Origin: Dimorphilus gyrociliatus | Lineage: Eukaryota > Animalia > Annelida | Direction: 5' to 3' | Assembly: GCA_904063045.1 (NCBI GenBank) | Contig: CAJFCJ010000002.1 | Coordinates: 1 to 64,000, forward strand | Length of the DNA: 64,000 nucleotides | Shown: positions 62,526 through 64,000 of the stretch, piece after piece | How positions within the stretch are numbered: position 1 is the stretch's first letter | Layout: every line of letters starts with the position of its first letter | Notes under the pieces: model-generated | Databases searched by the model: none | What the model saw: only the letters and a program-made list of their open reading frames with translations | What the model was told of the DNA's origin: nothing | Program-made: the position numbers and the translations under genes

Positions 62526-64000
62526 ATGATTATTGACGACGCTCTCAAGATAGTTGGTGGATATCGAATTTATCATATCTCATTATTAATTATACTGACT
62601 CTTTTGGCCTTTGATTTTTATTCAAGACAAATTTTACTATTTGTCTTCGTAGGTAATATTAAATATTCCATATTAACAAATAGCTTTCTTTCAATTTTAC
62701 ATATAAATTACCGTTGTTTCAGGTTGGACGCCAGAATTTAAATGTAATTACAATACTAGCCAATATAACAGTTCAGAAGATTTGGATAGCTGTTTAAGAC
62801 CTTCGATAAACAACACTGGAAATGGTGTTGAATGTGACAATGGATTTCAATATTTTTCGGAAGGATATACTTCTACTACAATCGAGGTACATAATATTTT
62901 AGGAAAACAGAGTCAATCTTAACTATTAACATACTTTATCTCAGTGGAATTTAGTTTGTTCAAGAAAGATGCTCAAAGTAATTAGTCAAATGGCCTATTC
63001 ACTTGGTATACTTTTTTCGTCTTTAGTTGGAAACACTTTGACTGACAAATTTGGAAGACGGTTTATGTGTTGGATAAGTCATGTATTTGGAGTTTCTTTA
63101 GGAATTGCTATAAGCTTTTCTCCTAATTACGAAACTTTCGTCGTCTTAAGATTCTTTATAGCAGTGGCTGCTTCCGTAAGATTAACTTTGATAAGTTCCT
63201 TAGAAAATTTTTTATTAAAAATTAATCATATCCCCTAGAATATCATAAACTCCTCCACCACGTTATTAATAGAACTATTCGATTCCGAAAGAAGAGGGCT
63301 AGTTGGTACAATATATCAGTTTGGTTGGATAATAGGGATGGGCTTTCTTGGTATCACGGCTTACTTAATAAAGGATTGGAGAGAGTTAGCATTAGTAACA
63401 TCAATTAGCCCAGTCATCTGGATTATAGTTTTATGGAAACTACCTGAATCTCCAATATGGCTAGTAGCTAATAATAGAATTAAAGAGGCTCAAGAGTTTT
63501 TAAAGAAAGCGGCAAAGCTAAATAGAGTTAAAATTTTGGATGAAAACGTCTTTAAAATTGAAAGTAAAAGAATCTCTAAAATACCCGATTCGTCTTCAAT
63601 CAAATTAGAATTTGAAAATTTTAAAATAGAACTTGAAAATAATGGAATTGAAAATTCAGCAACTACAAAATATTCCATGATAGATCTCTTCAGAGATAAA
63701 TATTTACTCCGACACTTGGCCATTATGGCACTGCTATGGTTTACGAACAATACTGTATACTATAGTCTAATGTACAGTACACCCAGTTTGGATGGGAATA
63801 GATTTGTTAACTATACTTTCAGCACCTTTGTTGAAATTCCAGCATATTCTGTTGCTACTCTTGCTGTCGTAAAGTAAGAAAAATACTATCAATTCTCTAG
63901 CCTAATTATTTTATTTTATCTATTAAACATTACAGAATAGGGCGACGTATTCCAACCTTTATTATTGTCATGTTGACATCTGTTAGCCTATTATTCGTAT
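62526..64000 (+). CDS. SLC22 organic cation/anion transporter (MFS), 5' part; runs off the window
   Basis: MIIDDALKIVGGY, C...D motifs, EWNLVC, LTDKFGRR, LPESPIWL, DLFRDKYL and VEIPAY, with multiple short introns. Confidence 0.93.

Overview
AT-rich (about 70% AT by eye) eukaryotic animal DNA with short GT-AG introns (mostly 50-75 nt). The gene set (IL-17, RGM, SQOR, two-domain sHSP, DEPTOR-type PDZ) points to an invertebrate, probably a compact-genome lophotrochozoan; this is inference only. I can support 19 protein-coding genes. The left half (1-44 kb) is loosely packed with mostly intronless or intron-poor signalling and surface genes: stathmin, an SLC6 transporter, an LRR-mucin-TM receptor, IL-17, an orphan ORF, a double-ACD small HSP, an orphan GPCR, ERCC8, RGM and an alpha-1,3-fucosyltransferase. 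The right part (44.8-64 kb) is a tight, intron-rich housekeeping block: UBE3C, HMG20, RNF170, NADK2, PITHD1, SQOR, a PDZ-only protein, NDUFAF2 and a partial SLC22. I found no rRNA, tRNA, CRISPR array or autonomous transposon. The most notable observations are: (1) an intact RGM whose autocatalytic GDPH site reads SSSH; (2) a 124-aa DEPTOR-like protein that has only the PDZ domain, missed by the ORF track; (3) an IL-17 with an extra CxC insert and a furin site; (4) a ~75-bp inverted repeat just 3' of the RGM stop; (5) a candidate C/D snoRNA in a NADK2 intron. I see no convincing multi-gene novel system. All exon structures were read by hand and not confirmed by alignment.
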